Source: Thermotogota bacterium (GTDB taxonomy: Bacteria > Thermotogota > Thermotogae > Petrotogales > Petrotogaceae). From it: DNA of 64,000 nt. The position numbers and the translations under genes were made by a program. This document shows, piece after piece, positions 9,254-19,623 of this stretch; within the stretch, counting starts at the first letter, position 1; every line of letters begins with the position of its first letter. The notes beneath the pieces were generated by a model, which searched no databases, was not told the origin of the DNA, and worked only from the letters and a program-made list of their open reading frames with translations. The stretch is taken from contig JBNJGY010000001.1 of the NCBI GenBank assembly GCA_051748045.1, positions 1 through 64,000 of the forward strand. The letters run 5' to 3'.

Positions 9254-10084
9254 TTGGAATTTATTATAAAGTCTAAAGCTTTATATTCTACATGGATTTA
9301 TTATAAACCTGATAGATTATTATTCGATTGTGGAGAAGGTATAAGCGCAAAATTAGGCAATAAAATATATGGAATAGATAAAATCTTTATAAGTCATTCT
9401 CACATTGATCATATTGCCGGTTTATGGGGACTTATAAACACAAGAAATAATGCTATGGGTTCTAGAGAAAAAGACCTAACTATTTATTACCCAGAAAACT
9501 CTAAACAAATTGAATCATATTTAAGTTTTATTATGAATTCTAATAAACATCTTAGATATAATTTAGAACTTATTCCTCTAAGTCTTTTTGATAAAATTGA
9601 TCTAAAAAACAATAGATATATAGAACCTTTCAAAACTTTACATACTCCAGCAGAAAGGTCTTATGGATATAGAATCATAGAAAAAAGAAATAAATTAAAA
9701 GAAAAATATCAATCACTTTCACAAAATGAGATTATAAATGTAGTAAAAGAACACGGAAGAGAAGAATTAAACGACCCTTATGAAGCAAATATTTTAACTG
9801 TTAGTGGTGATTCTCTCCCTATTTCTCCTGAAATAGCTATTAATGCAGAAACTCTAGTCCACGAGTGCACATTTATCAAAGAAAATGATAGAAAGATCAG
9901 AAATCATACATCATTAAATGAATTAAAAGAATTGATTAAAAAAAGTTGCCCAAAAAGAGTTATAATTTATCATGTATCAAGCAGATATAATTCTATGATT
10001 AGAAGTACTGAAAAAAATTTAAGGGAAGAATTCCCAAATATTGAAATCAATATAATTCATCCTGAAAGAACACAAAGACTATAA
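9254..10084 (+). CDS. rnz: Ribonuclease Z (Thermotoga-type, MBL fold)
   Basis: FDCGEG, SHSHIDHIAG, SGDS, HECTF and NHTS motifs; follows rplI. Confidence 0.8.
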   Translation: MEFIIKSKALYSTWIYYKPDRLLFDCGEGISAKLGNKIYGIDKIFISHSHIDHIAGLWGLINTRNNAMGSREKDLTIYYPENSKQIESYLSFIMNSNKHLRYNLELIPLSLFDKIDLKNNRYIEPFKTLHTPAERSYGYRIIEKRNKLKEKYQSLSQNEIINVVKEHGREELNDPYEANILTVSGDSLPISPEIAINAETLVHECTFIKENDRKIRNHTSLNELKELIKKSCPKRVIIYHVSSRYNSMIRSTEKNLREEFPNIEINIIHPERTQRL

Positions 10085-10119
10085 CTTATTTATTTGTTTC
10101 TTAATAAAGGAGGGGTATT

Positions 10120-10560
10120 ATGCCGCAATGGGCCTTTTGGATAATACTGGCAGTAATTTTTGGTGTTGTTGAAATTATTTCACCCGCTTTTTTCTTTTTT
10201 TGGTTTGCTATAGGAGCTTTAGTGACAGGTGTTTTGTCATTATTTATTGGTTCTTTTACGATAAATATCGCTATTTTTGTCATTACATCTATGATTTTAT
10301 GGCTATCAACAAGAAAAATAGTTTCAAAATGGTATAAAAATTCTTCTCCAAATAAATTGTATTTAGATACTATTGAGGGAAGAGAAGGAGTAATTAAATC
10401 TATTGATTCTGAAGGTAAAATGATAGTTAATATCAAAGGTGAACAATGGAGAGGTTATAAAAACAATGACAGTGAAACAATTATTGTTGGTGACAAAGTA
10501 AAAGTTGCTAAAAAGTCTGGAAATATAATCTATGTTGAAAAAATAGATAAGGGGGAATAA
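10120..10560 (+). CDS. NfeD-family protein (short form)
   Basis: N-terminal TM helices plus OB fold (GEQWRG); adjacent to an SPFH gene. Confidence 0.88.
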   Translation: MPQWAFWIILAVIFGVVEIISPAFFFFWFAIGALVTGVLSLFIGSFTINIAIFVITSMILWLSTRKIVSKWYKNSSPNKLYLDTIEGREGVIKSIDSEGKMIVNIKGEQWRGYKNNDSETIIVGDKVKVAKKSGNIIYVEKIDKGE

Positions 10561-10563
10561 ATT

Positions 10564-11562
10564 ATGTCAATGTATGTATTAATTATTATTGCTTTATTTT
10601 TAATTTTTATTGTTTCTGGTAGTTTAAAAATCGTTAGGCCATATGAAAAAGGTCTTGTTGAAAGACTTGGAAGATTTCATAGAACTGTTGAATCAGGATT
10701 AAATTTTATTGTACCTTTTGTTGAAAGAATTACAAAAATTGATATAAGAGAAACTGTTATTGATGTACCGCCTCAAGAAGTTATAACAAATGATAATGTT
10801 ATAGTTACTGTAGATGCTGTTATTTATTATGAAATCACTGACGTTTACAGAGTTATTTATAATGTTGGGGATTTCTCTTCAGCTGCTGTAAAATTAGCTC
10901 AAACAAATTTAAGAAATGTTATTGGTGAATTAGAACTTGACCAAACACTTACATCAAGAGAAAGAATAAATACAAAATTAAGAGAAGTTTTAGATGATGC
11001 CACAGATAAATGGGGAGTAAAAGTAACAAGAGTCGAAATCAAAAAAATTGATCCACCAGATGATATTATGGAAGCTATGAGTAGGCAAATGAAAGCTGAA
11101 AGAATGAAAAGAGCTGCTATTCTAGAATCAGAAGGTTATAAACAATCAGAAATCAAAAAAGCTGAGGGTGACAAAACTGCTGCTATTTTAAAAGCTGAAG
11201 GACAAGCAGAATCAGTAAAAAGAGTTGCGGATGCTGAAAAGTATAAACTAACTGAAGAAGCAGCAGGTCAAGCAAATGCTATTGAACAAGTATTTAAAGC
11301 AATACACGAAGGTAATCCTACTCAAGATCTTATAACAATAAGATATCTTGAAGCGCTTAAAGATATTTCAGATGGTCAAGCTAGTAAAATATTCTTACCT
11401 TATGAAATTTCTGGAGTATTAGGATCAGTATCAGCTATGTTTGAAGCAACAAAAACTGATATGCAAGATAAAGTTAAAAACAAAAATAAAGAAGAGAATA
11501 ACAAAACCAATGTTAAAAATAATATGAAATATAAAAATCGAGATAAAAATGAAAATAAATAA
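10564..11562 (+). CDS. SPFH/band-7 (stomatin/QmcA-like) protein
   Basis: [25 protein letters not shown] and [11 protein letters not shown]. Confidence 0.92.
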   Translation: MSMYVLIIIALFLIFIVSGSLKIVRPYEKGLVERLGRFHRTVESGLNFIVPFVERITKIDIRETVIDVPPQEVITNDNVIVTVDAVIYYEITDVYRVIYNVGDFSSAAVKLAQTNLRNVIGELELDQTLTSRERINTKLREVLDDATDKWGVKVTRVEIKKIDPPDDIMEAMSRQMKAERMKRAAILESEGYKQSEIKKAEGDKTAAILKAEGQAESVKRVADAEKYKLTEEAAGQANAIEQVFKAIHEGNPTQDLITIRYLEALKDISDGQASKIFLPYEISGVLGSVSAMFEATKTDMQDKVKNKNKEENNKTNVKNNMKYKNRDKNENK

Positions 11563-11572
11563 TGGTGATTAA

Positions 11573-12091
11573 ATGTTTATATATTCTATATTTATTAATT
11601 TAATAACAACTATAATTGCATATTTTATTATGAAATATGCAATTATAGAAAATATAAAGATTCCAAACATCGTTGAGTATTTTTCTATTTATGGTTTAAC
11701 AAGCATATCAATGATTTTAATCTATCTCAAAGGATATTATGAGAATATTATATTGTTAGAGTTTTTTATATCTTTTATTTTTATGCTTTATTATTTAAGA
11801 TCTATAGATTCTTCGAGGAAAAAATATCACGAAAGATTTAGATCTATGATATTATCTTTTGGGTATACGAGAAGTACTTATTTTGAAATTTTTCTTTCTA
11901 AAAAGCTCATAAATAAGATTTTAGAAAGTTTTCTTTATGGTGTAGGTATTCATTATGTTCTTAATATTTTATTAATTGATTTTCATCAAAGCTTAAATGT
12001 ATTTACAATAATTATTCCTACAATTCTCTTTTTCATAGCATCATTAGTGAAATCCCTTAAAACTAGTAATTTATACAAAGTTGTAAAGTAG
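11573..12091 (+). CDS. Hypothetical membrane protein
   Basis: Multiple hydrophobic segments; RBS-like GGTGA upstream. Confidence 0.6.
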   Translation: MFIYSIFINLITTIIAYFIMKYAIIENIKIPNIVEYFSIYGLTSISMILIYLKGYYENIILLEFFISFIFMLYYLRSIDSSRKKYHERFRSMILSFGYTRSTYFEIFLSKKLINKILESFLYGVGIHYVLNILLIDFHQSLNVFTIIIPTILFFIASLVKSLKTSNLYKVVK

Positions 12092-12108
12092 ATTAAATAT
12101 ATCGGCGT

Positions 12109-12129
12109 TATAATACCCTTGTAGGGTAT
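12109..12129 (+). promoter_or_regulatory. -10 box overlapped by a CsoR/CstR-type operator palindrome
   Basis: TATAAT at 12109-12114; ATACCCT-TGT-AGGGTAT at 12113-12129. Confidence 0.6.
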
Positions 12130-12171
12130 AAAATTAATAACAATATAAAATTACGTAATGGAGGTTATATA

Positions 12172-12840
12172 ATGGCTTTATTAGATGACAACACAAAAGA
12201 ACAGGTGAAAGATTTATTATCAAAGATGGATAACAATGTAAAATTTGTTTTATTCAAAGGTGAAAATGAATATTCACAAGTAACTGGTGATTTATTAACA
12301 GAATTGACTGATGTTGAATCAAAAATCGAATTAGAAATGTTGAATATTGAAGACCCAAAAGCTGATGTATACAATATAGAAAAAGATTTAACACCTGCAA
12401 TCGTTTTACTAGATAAAGATAACAACGATAATGGTATAAGATTCTATGGTATTCCGTCAGGACATGAATTCTCAACTTTATTACAAGATATTATTTCAGT
12501 ATCTTCTGGTAATACAGTTGATTTCTCTGAAGAAACTCAAAATAAAATTAAAGCAATTGATAAAAAAATGAGAATTAGAGTATTCATAACTCCTACATGC
12601 CCATACTGTCCAAAAGCAGTAATATCAGGACATCAATCAGCTATGCTTAATGATAATATTATTGGTGAAATGATTGAAGCAAATGAATTTGGCCCACTTT
12701 CTTCAGAACATGGCGTTAGTTCTGTTCCTCACACAGTTATAGAAACATTCAATGGTGATGAATGGGAAAAAGCTGGCGAATTTATCGGAGCATATCCAGA
12801 ACAACAATACATTGATGAATTAATGAAAGCAGTTGGATAA
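12172..12840 (+). CDS. Protein disulfide oxidoreductase (two thioredoxin folds)
   Basis: GIRFYGIPSGHEFSTL, CPYC and VSSVP motifs; upstream of trxB. Confidence 0.9.
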   Translation: MALLDDNTKEQVKDLLSKMDNNVKFVLFKGENEYSQVTGDLLTELTDVESKIELEMLNIEDPKADVYNIEKDLTPAIVLLDKDNNDNGIRFYGIPSGHEFSTLLQDIISVSSGNTVDFSEETQNKIKAIDKKMRIRVFITPTCPYCPKAVISGHQSAMLNDNIIGEMIEANEFGPLSSEHGVSSVPHTVIETFNGDEWEKAGEFIGAYPEQQYIDELMKAVG

Positions 12841-12852
12841 TAAGAAAACAAT

Positions 12853-12878
12853 AGTGGCCTTTTTTAGGCCACTTTTTT
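12853..12878 (+). terminator. Internal terminator-like hairpin between PDO and trxB
   Basis: agtggcct-ttttt-aggccact followed by a T-tract. Confidence 0.65.
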
Positions 12879-12893
12879 AAAGGAGGACGTTAA

Positions 12894-13847
12894 ATGTTTT
12901 TCGATATGGGAACTTCTAACAAAAAGCAAGAAATACAGGATAATTATGATGTAATTATTATTGGAGGTGGACCAGCAGGTATTTCAGCAGCAATATATGC
13001 TGTACAAGGTGGTTTGAAACCTTTGATTATAGAAAAGACTATCGAAGGTGGACAGATGAACCTTACAGAATTAGTTGAAAATTATCCTGGTTTTATATCT
13101 ATTGAAGGATCTGAAATAGGAGAAAAAATGGGAGAACATGCTAAACATTATGGTGTTGATTTTCATTTTGCCTCTGTTACAACAATAGAAAACAAAGAAG
13201 AAAGTAAAGTAGTAAAAACAGATGATGGAAAAGTTATAAATACAAAAATCATAATAATATCTACAGGAGCTAATCCTAGACCACTTGGTGCTGTAGGAGA
13301 AAAAGATTTTACAGGGAAAGGTATCTCTTATTGTGCAACATGTGACGGACACTTCTTTAAAGATCAAAAAGTAGCAGTAATTGGTGGAGGAAATACAGCT
13401 CTTGAAGAATCACTTTATTTAGCTAAAATTGCTAAAGAAGTTGTTATAATTCATAGAAGAGATAAACTAAGAGCAGATAAGTTATATCAAGAAAGAGCCA
13501 TGGCTTTGGACAATGTTAATTTTAAGTTTGATTCTGAAGTTGTTGCTTTTAAAGGTGATAAAAAGTTAAAATCTTTAACTATACTAGATAAAAAAGATAA
13601 TAAAACATACGAGGAAGAATTTGATGGAGCTTTTGTTTTCATTGGTCTAGTTCCAGCCACTTCTTTTTTAGGAGATATGCTAGAAACAAATCCTAGAGGA
13701 TACATTGAAACCGATAAGAATATGGAAACCAGTGTAAAAGGCATTTATGCAGTAGGTGATGTAAGAAATACTATTTTAAGACAAATAGTTACTGCAGTTT
13801 CTGATGGAGCTATCGCAGCTTCACACGCTGTAAGAGAATATTTTTAA
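12894..13847 (+). CDS. trxB: Thioredoxin-disulfide reductase
   Basis: GGGPAG, CATCDG, GGGNTALEE, HRRD and GIYAVGD. Confidence 0.95.
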   Translation: MFFDMGTSNKKQEIQDNYDVIIIGGGPAGISAAIYAVQGGLKPLIIEKTIEGGQMNLTELVENYPGFISIEGSEIGEKMGEHAKHYGVDFHFASVTTIENKEESKVVKTDDGKVINTKIIIISTGANPRPLGAVGEKDFTGKGISYCATCDGHFFKDQKVAVIGGGNTALEESLYLAKIAKEVVIIHRRDKLRADKLYQERAMALDNVNFKFDSEVVAFKGDKKLKSLTILDKKDNKTYEEEFDGAFVFIGLVPATSFLGDMLETNPRGYIETDKNMETSVKGIYAVGDVRNTILRQIVTAVSDGAIAASHAVREYF

Positions 13848-13863
13848 TAATAGTTATATTATG

Positions 13864-13892
13864 AAGAGACTTTTTAAAGTCTCTTTTTTTTT
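13864..13892 (+). terminator. Terminator after trxB
   Basis: aagagacttt-tt-aaagtctctt plus T-tract. Confidence 0.8.
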
Positions 13893-13994
13893 ATTTTTAT
13901 ATTCTTAATTAAAATGTATTTAATATGTAAATTGTTAAGAGGTTTTAAGTTATAGAATATAACTAATAAGAATTTTAAAAAGGGGTGATTTGTT

Positions 13995-15455
13995 TTGTTT
14001 AGAGAAGCTTTGACTTTTGACGATGTGTTGCTATTACCTAAATATTCAGATATAGTACCTAATCAAGTTAATACTAGGACTAGACTTGTTAAAGATATAT
14101 ATTTAAATGTTCCTTTTCTATCAGCTGCAATGGATACAGTAACTGAAACTAGAATGGCTAAATCAATAGCCAGAGAAGGTGCTGCTGGAGTTATACATAA
14201 AAACATGAGTATAGAAGAACAAGCTTATAAAGTATCAAAAGTAAAACGAGCAGAAAATGGAGTAATAACTGACCCAATAACTATATCACCAGATACAAAA
14301 ATTAAAGAAGCTGAACAATTAATGAGAGAATACAAAATTGGCGGTTTACCAGTTGTAGATAGAAAAGATAAATTACTTGGTATTTTAACCAATAGAGATA
14401 TACGTTTTGAAAGAAATTCTACAAAAAAAGCAAAAGATTTAATGACTGATTATAAAGATCTTGTTATAGCAGGTCCTCAAATTGGATTAGAAAAAGCAAA
14501 AGAAATCTTACATGAAAATAAAATTGAAAAATTACCTATAGTTGATAAAAACAATAAAATCATTGGTCTCATTACTATTAAAGATGTTATGGCAGTAATC
14601 GAAAAACCTCTCGCAACTAGAGACAAGAAAGGTAGACTAGTTGTAGGAGCTGCTATAGGAGTTTCTGATGGTGAAGAAAGAGGGAAAAAGCTAATAGATA
14701 GTGGAGTAGATTTTTTAGTCCTTGATTCTGCTCATGGTCATTCTAAAAATATTATTGATTTATTAAAAAAATTAAAATCATATGGAAAAGATACTCCTAT
14801 TATAGTTGGTAATATAGCTACAAAAGAAGCAGCAAAAGACTTAATAGAAGCAGGAGCAGATGCCTTAAAAGTTGGAATAGGTCCTGGCTCAATCTGTACA
14901 ACTAGAATAGTTGCAGGAATAGGAGTACCTCAACTGACTGCTATCTTAGAAGTGAATTCTGTTGCAAAAGAATTAAATATTCCAATAATAGCAGATGGGG
15001 GTATAAGATTTTCAGGAGATATAGTAAAAGCTTTAGCCGCTGGAGCTTCTACTGTTATGATGGGGAGTATTTTTGCTGGTACAGAAGAAGCCCCAGGAGA
15101 AACAGTAATTTATCAAGGAAGAAAATTCAAAACTTATCGAGGTATGGGATCCATTGGTGCAATGAAAAAAGGGTCTAAAGATAGATATTTCCAAGATGAT
15201 GTTGAAGATGCAGAGAAACTTGTTCCTGAAGGAGTAGAAGGTATGGTCGCTTTTAAAGGAGAAGTAGGTGACTTAGTGCATCAATTACTTGGAGGGGTTA
15301 AATCAGGTATGGGATATATTGGAGCTAGTAACTTAGTTGAATTAAAAGAAAAAGCTGAGTTCGTAAAAATTTCTGCCTCTGGTATGAAAGAAAGTCATGC
15401 TCATGATATCAACATTACTAAAGAATCTCCAAACTATTTTTTATCTGGTAATTGA
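13995..15455 (+). CDS. guaB: IMP dehydrogenase
   Basis: [20 protein letters not shown] pair and [11 protein letters not shown] catalytic Cys. Confidence 0.97.
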   Translation: MFREALTFDDVLLLPKYSDIVPNQVNTRTRLVKDIYLNVPFLSAAMDTVTETRMAKSIAREGAAGVIHKNMSIEEQAYKVSKVKRAENGVITDPITISPDTKIKEAEQLMREYKIGGLPVVDRKDKLLGILTNRDIRFERNSTKKAKDLMTDYKDLVIAGPQIGLEKAKEILHENKIEKLPIVDKNNKIIGLITIKDVMAVIEKPLATRDKKGRLVVGAAIGVSDGEERGKKLIDSGVDFLVLDSAHGHSKNIIDLLKKLKSYGKDTPIIVGNIATKEAAKDLIEAGADALKVGIGPGSICTTRIVAGIGVPQLTAILEVNSVAKELNIPIIADGGIRFSGDIVKALAAGASTVMMGSIFAGTEEAPGETVIYQGRKFKTYRGMGSIGAMKKGSKDRYFQDDVEDAEKLVPEGVEGMVAFKGEVGDLVHQLLGGVKSGMGYIGASNLVELKEKAEFVKISASGMKESHAHDINITKESPNYFLSGN

Positions 15456-15493
15456 TTTTTTTGTTAACTTATACCCTCTTTTATTAATTTTTC

Positions 15494-15522
15494 TTGACTT
15501 TTTTTAATTTTATGAGTATAAT
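15494..15522 (+). promoter_or_regulatory. Near-consensus sigma70 promoter
   Basis: TTGACT-17 bp-TATAAT. Confidence 0.75.
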
Positions 15523-15544
15523 TATGTTAAAAGGGGGTGACTGT

Positions 15545-15919
15545 ATGGGAAATATTATTAACGATTTAAATGAATTAATTGATATCAAACATATTATTGA
15601 TGCTTATGAGAGTTTTAAAGAAACGAAATACAAAATACCATACAGTGAAATTTTCCTAAATAGCGCTATTGAAAATTCTGTAAAAGATATTATAGAAAAA
15701 GAAGAAGGATTCTTTATTAAAAATTCTGATATTAACGAAGAAACAGAAAAAAATAATTGTGAACCTATAGATGTCGGAGATTTATTTATTCTTATGGAGA
15801 CTTTTGAAAAACTTGGTATTAAAATAGATTATCTTTTTTCTAGGGATAACAAAGAATTATTCTTAAAAGCTATTAAAACTGATGATATAGAAAAATACAA
15901 GAACGATTCTTTGGAGTGA
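15545..15919 (+). CDS. Hypothetical protein
   Basis: GGGGGTGA RBS before ATG 15545; no motif recognised. Confidence 0.7.
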   Translation: MGNIINDLNELIDIKHIIDAYESFKETKYKIPYSEIFLNSAIENSVKDIIEKEEGFFIKNSDINEETEKNNCEPIDVGDLFILMETFEKLGIKIDYLFSRDNKELFLKAIKTDDIEKYKNDSLE

Positions 15920-15925
15920 TTCTAA

Positions 15926-16204
15926 ATGATGATTAGCAGAAAATTTATTTTAAAAGGTCGAGTTCAAGGTGTTGGGTTTAGATTTTTTACTACTAAAAAT
16001 GCAGAAAAATTTGGTATTACAGGTTCAGTTAAAAATCTAACTAATGGTAATGTTGAAGTTTACGCAAAAGGTGATAAAAATAAGTTAGAGGATTTCAAAG
16101 CTAAACTCATAAAAGGAAATTCTTTTTCTCGTGTAGAGGAAATAGAAGAATATGAAGTACCAGAAGAGAAAGTGAATGATAATGATTTTCATGTTAGATA
16201 TTAA
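15926..16204 (+). CDS. acyP: Acylphosphatase
   Basis: GRVQGVGFR and GSVKNLTNGNVE. Confidence 0.93.
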   Translation: MMISRKFILKGRVQGVGFRFFTTKNAEKFGITGSVKNLTNGNVEVYAKGDKNKLEDFKAKLIKGNSFSRVEEIEEYEVPEEKVNDNDFHVRY

Positions 16205-16236
16205 AATAGTGCTGAAAATAATCAGCACTATTTTTT
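16203..16236. terminator. Bidirectional terminator between acyP and ferritin
   Basis: aaaatagtgctga-aaataa-tcagcactatttt. Confidence 0.85.
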
Positions 16237-16254
16237 ATTTTTCTATTTTTATTG

Positions 16255-16773
16255 TTATTCTTCAGACTCTGAAGCAGTTGCATTCTGCCTTCCACCAAGT
16301 TTTTCATCAAAATTAAGTAAAGCTTGAACATTATCACCTATTAATTGTAATTTATCTTTTATATCTCCAGTAGTTTTTTCTTCTTCAACTTGTTCAGCTA
16401 CAAACCATTGTAAGAAATTGTTCATTGCATGGTCGTTTTCTTCAATTGCTAAATCTACCAATTTATTTATAGAATCTGTAACAAACTCTTCATGTTCTAA
16501 AGCATCTGTAAACACTTCTAAAGGGCTTTCCCATTCGTGTTTTGGTTCATCAATAGCTGTTAATTTTACTCTTCCACCTCTATCTTGAATAAAATCGTAA
16601 ATCTTTCTTGCATGTTCCATTTCTTCTTGTGCTTGTACATCCATCCAAGCTGAAAAACCTTCTAAGTTTTTAGAATCAAAATATGCTGCCATTGATTGAT
16701 AGATGTAAGCTGAATACAATTCTTTATTTACTTGTTCGTTTAATGCGTTTACTAATTTTTCTTTCATAGCCAT
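16255..16773 (-). CDS. ftnA: Non-heme ferritin
   Basis: LNEQVNKELYS, EEMEHA, HEEFVT and LQWFVAEQVEEE; AAGGAGG RBS before ATG 16773. Confidence 0.93.
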   Translation of the reverse strand: MAMKEKLVNALNEQVNKELYSAYIYQSMAAYFDSKNLEGFSAWMDVQAQEEMEHARKIYDFIQDRGGRVKLTAIDEPKHEWESPLEVFTDALEHEEFVTDSINKLVDLAIEENDHAMNNFLQWFVAEQVEEEKTTGDIKDKLQLIGDNVQALLNFDEKLGGRQNATASESEE

Positions 16774-16826
16774 ATATAAAACCTCCTTAAAGATTTGATT
16801 CAATTCAATTTTAACAAAAATCTATT

Positions 16827-17276
16827 TCATTCATAAAAAACCTTTTTTAACTTTTTTGGGTTTAATCTGAAATTTGTTCCTTTTCCTTGATGAAAATGAT
16901 GTTTTTCTAATAGATGAATCGACATATCAGTAAATATTATTTGTTCATCATTATTCAAGTTTTTCACGATTACATTTATTTTTCTGAAAATCCCATCTTC
17001 AAAAGGACAAGCTAAGAATCCTCTTGATTCTTCTACCCTAACATCCCATTTATCAACTTTTGTTGGTTCTCCTAAGCCTTTTCTTCCTTCATTCATAATA
17101 TAATGCATTTTTTCAACTACATCTGTGTAATCCATTCCAAGAGATTCCATCATTTCTTCATCAGCTTCAATTATATCTACCAATTCTCTTTGATCATCTC
17201 CTAAAAAACCTTCAGAAGTAATTTCACCAGGTTGCATATTATCTTTAGCTTTTTTTAGTTCAGGAGTCATTTTCAT
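16827..17276 (-). CDS. Hypothetical protein with Cys/His motif, co-transcribed with the nqr genes
   Basis: GGAGG RBS; GFLACPF and HLLEKHHFHQG motifs; starts 15 bp after nqrF. Confidence 0.75.
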   Translation of the reverse strand: MKMTPELKKAKDNMQPGEITSEGFLGDDQRELVDIIEADEEMMESLGMDYTDVVEKMHYIMNEGRKGLGEPTKVDKWDVRVEESRGFLACPFEDGIFRKINVIVKNLNNDEQIIFTDMSIHLLEKHHFHQGKGTNFRLNPKKLKKVFYE

Positions 17277-17291
17277 AATAATCCCTCCATT

Positions 17292-18407
17292 TTATGCAAA
17301 CTTATCATAATAAATTTTCTCTTCTTTCATGTCATTATCTTTCATTACTTTTATACATGCATCTAACATACCAGGACTACCACATAGGTAACCTTCTTTT
17401 ACTTTTTCTTGATTTATTTTATCTTTTAAATATTTATCTAACACATCTGTTATAAGACCTGTTTCTCCTTCCCAGTTATCTTCTTTTTCAGGGTCAGATA
17501 ATGCAGGAATGAAATGTAGATTTTTCATTTTACTTTCCATTTCCTTGAAATAATCAACATAGTATAAATCTTTTTTTGATCTGGCTCCAAAGAAATACCA
17601 TATCTCTCTATCAAATATCTCTTTTTCATACATATCTTCTATTATAGACTTAATAGGAGCCATTCCTGATCCACCTGCAACACAAATCATCGTTGCATCT
17701 GTATCTCTTCTATAAAAATCTCCAAATGGACCTATTATATTTAATTCTTGACCTTCTTCAAGATGTTCGTGCACATATGTTGTGGCTATTCCACTAGGAA
17801 CTAATCTTATTAAAAATTCTAAATGATTTTTATCAGAAGGAACTGAAGAAATAGAATAAGCTCTTTGGTTTTTTTCTTTTATTTTTCCATATTTAGGTAT
17901 TATTAACTGAGCATATTGTCCTGCTTTAAAATCAACAGATTCAGGATCTTCAAGTTTTAATCTAACTTCTTTTATATCATGAGTCATATCTTTTATTGTC
18001 TCTATTTTTGTCTTGAACTCTTTAACGTTGAATAATTCTTCTGGTATTTCAATTTTTATATCATCCTTAACCTTTATTTGGCATGAAAGTCTAACACCAT
18101 TTTTCTTTTCTTCTTCCTCTAAAAGAGGTGCTTCTGTAGGTAAGATTGGGCCAACATCTGATAATACTTTTACTTTACATGCTCCACAACTTCCTCTTCC
18201 TCCACAAGCAGAAGGTATAAATATTCCTTGTTCACCTAAAGTAGTAAGTAATGGACTACCACCATCTACTTTAATCTTTTTAGACCCATCATTTATGTCT
18301 AATTCTACTTCGCCGTAATTGTTTACTATTGAATCAACTATAGTTATTATAGCAGCCAAAAATGCTGTAAGAATAGCTACTACTAATGGTGCTGTAATAA
18401 ATCCCAT
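17292..18407 (-). CDS. nqrF: NqrF-like NADH-oxidising subunit (2Fe-2S, FAD, NAD)
   Basis: N-terminal TM, CGGRGSCGAC...RLSCQ, RAYS, GGSGMAP, YLCGSP and YDKF end. Confidence 0.85.
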   Translation of the reverse strand: MGFITAPLVVAILTAFLAAIITIVDSIVNNYGEVELDINDGSKKIKVDGGSPLLTTLGEQGIFIPSACGGRGSCGACKVKVLSDVGPILPTEAPLLEEEEKKNGVRLSCQIKVKDDIKIEIPEELFNVKEFKTKIETIKDMTHDIKEVRLKLEDPESVDFKAGQYAQLIIPKYGKIKEKNQRAYSISSVPSDKNHLEFLIRLVPSGIATTYVHEHLEEGQELNIIGPFGDFYRRDTDATMICVAGGSGMAPIKSIIEDMYEKEIFDREIWYFFGARSKKDLYYVDYFKEMESKMKNLHFIPALSDPEKEDNWEGETGLITDVLDKYLKDKINQEKVKEGYLCGSPGMLDACIKVMKDNDMKEEKIYYDKFA

Positions 18408-18418
18408 TTATTATCACC

Positions 18419-19012
18419 TCACTGAACTGCTAACATGCCTGAAAATCCCATAAATGCTATAGCCATAAAACCAATTGTTATTAATGTTATTCCTGGCCCT
18501 TTTAGCCCTGCAGGTACTGGCGCTCTATCAGTTTTCTTTCTAATTGCAGCTAATGCCATTATAGCAAGCCACCATCCTAGACCTGAACCAAAACCAAATA
18601 TAATAGACTGAATAAAATTATAATCTCTCAATTGCATAAAAAGGGCAACACCTAAAATAGCACAATTAACTGTTATTAAAGGTAAAAATATACCAAGTGC
18701 CATATATAAATTCATAGAAACTCTTTCAATTATCATTTCTAAAACTTGAACTACTGCTGCTATTACTATTATAAAAACAATATATCTTAAATATTCAAGT
18801 TCAAAAGGAACCAATAAATAATTATAAACTAACCAATTTACAGCTGTTGTTATTGTTAGTACAAATGTAACAGCCATACCCAATCCATTTGAAGAATTGT
18901 AATCCTTTGATACAGATATAAAAGAACACATTCCCAAAAAATTGGCTAAAAGAATATTACTTGTAAAAATTGATGCAAAAAATAATATAAAAGGACTAAT
19001 ATCAGGTATCAT
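18419..19012 (-). CDS. nqrE: NqrE/RnfA membrane subunit
   Basis: FLGMCSF and FLPLITVNCAILG. Confidence 0.85.
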   Translation of the reverse strand: MIPDISPFILFFASIFTSNILLANFLGMCSFISVSKDYNSSNGLGMAVTFVLTITTAVNWLVYNYLLVPFELEYLRYIVFIIVIAAVVQVLEMIIERVSMNLYMALGIFLPLITVNCAILGVALFMQLRDYNFIQSIIFGFGSGLGWWLAIMALAAIRKKTDRAPVPAGLKGPGITLITIGFMAIAFMGFSGMLAVQ

Positions 19013-19623
19013 TATTTAGCCTCCTTTTTTTCCATAATGCCTTTGAAAACCCAAATTAAAATCGCCAACATAAAGAATGCACTTGGAGGCATAACCATTA
19101 TAGTCCATTTTATAAAGTTTTCCGGTAATACAGTTACCCCAAATATAGTTCCAAATCCTAATAATTCTCTTACAAAAGCGATTATTAATAAAACATACAT
19201 ATAGCCTGCGCCTGATGTTATACCATCCCAAAATGATATAAAAGGTTTATTTGATTGCGCAAAAGCTTCTGCTCTACCCATAATTATACAATTTGTTATA
19301 ATTAATCCAACATAAGGACCTAAAGCCCTACTTATTTCAGGAAGATAGGCTTTTAATACTATATCAACAATAATTACATAAAAAGAAATTATCAATGTCT
19401 GTACTATCATTCTTACTTTTCTAGGTATTAGAGATTTGATTGTTGAAACTGTGAAATTTGTAAATCCCATAACCAAAATAACTCCAATAGACATTATCAA
19501 TGTGTTTTCAAGTTTATTTGTAACAGCCAAAGTTGAACATATACCTAAAACTTGTACAAATATAGCATTGTTGGACCATAAATTATCCTTTAATATTCCT
19601 CTGGCAGTATTATTGGCCATCAT
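19012..19623 (-). CDS. nqrD: NqrD/RnfE membrane subunit
   Basis: QVLGICSTLAVT, GLIITNCIIMGRAEAFA and PPSAFF. Confidence 0.85.
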   Translation of the reverse strand: MMANNTARGILKDNLWSNNAIFVQVLGICSTLAVTNKLENTLIMSIGVILVMGFTNFTVSTIKSLIPRKVRMIVQTLIISFYVIIVDIVLKAYLPEISRALGPYVGLIITNCIIMGRAEAFAQSNKPFISFWDGITSGAGYMYVLLIIAFVRELLGFGTIFGVTVLPENFIKWTIMVMPPSAFFMLAILIWVFKGIMEKKEAK

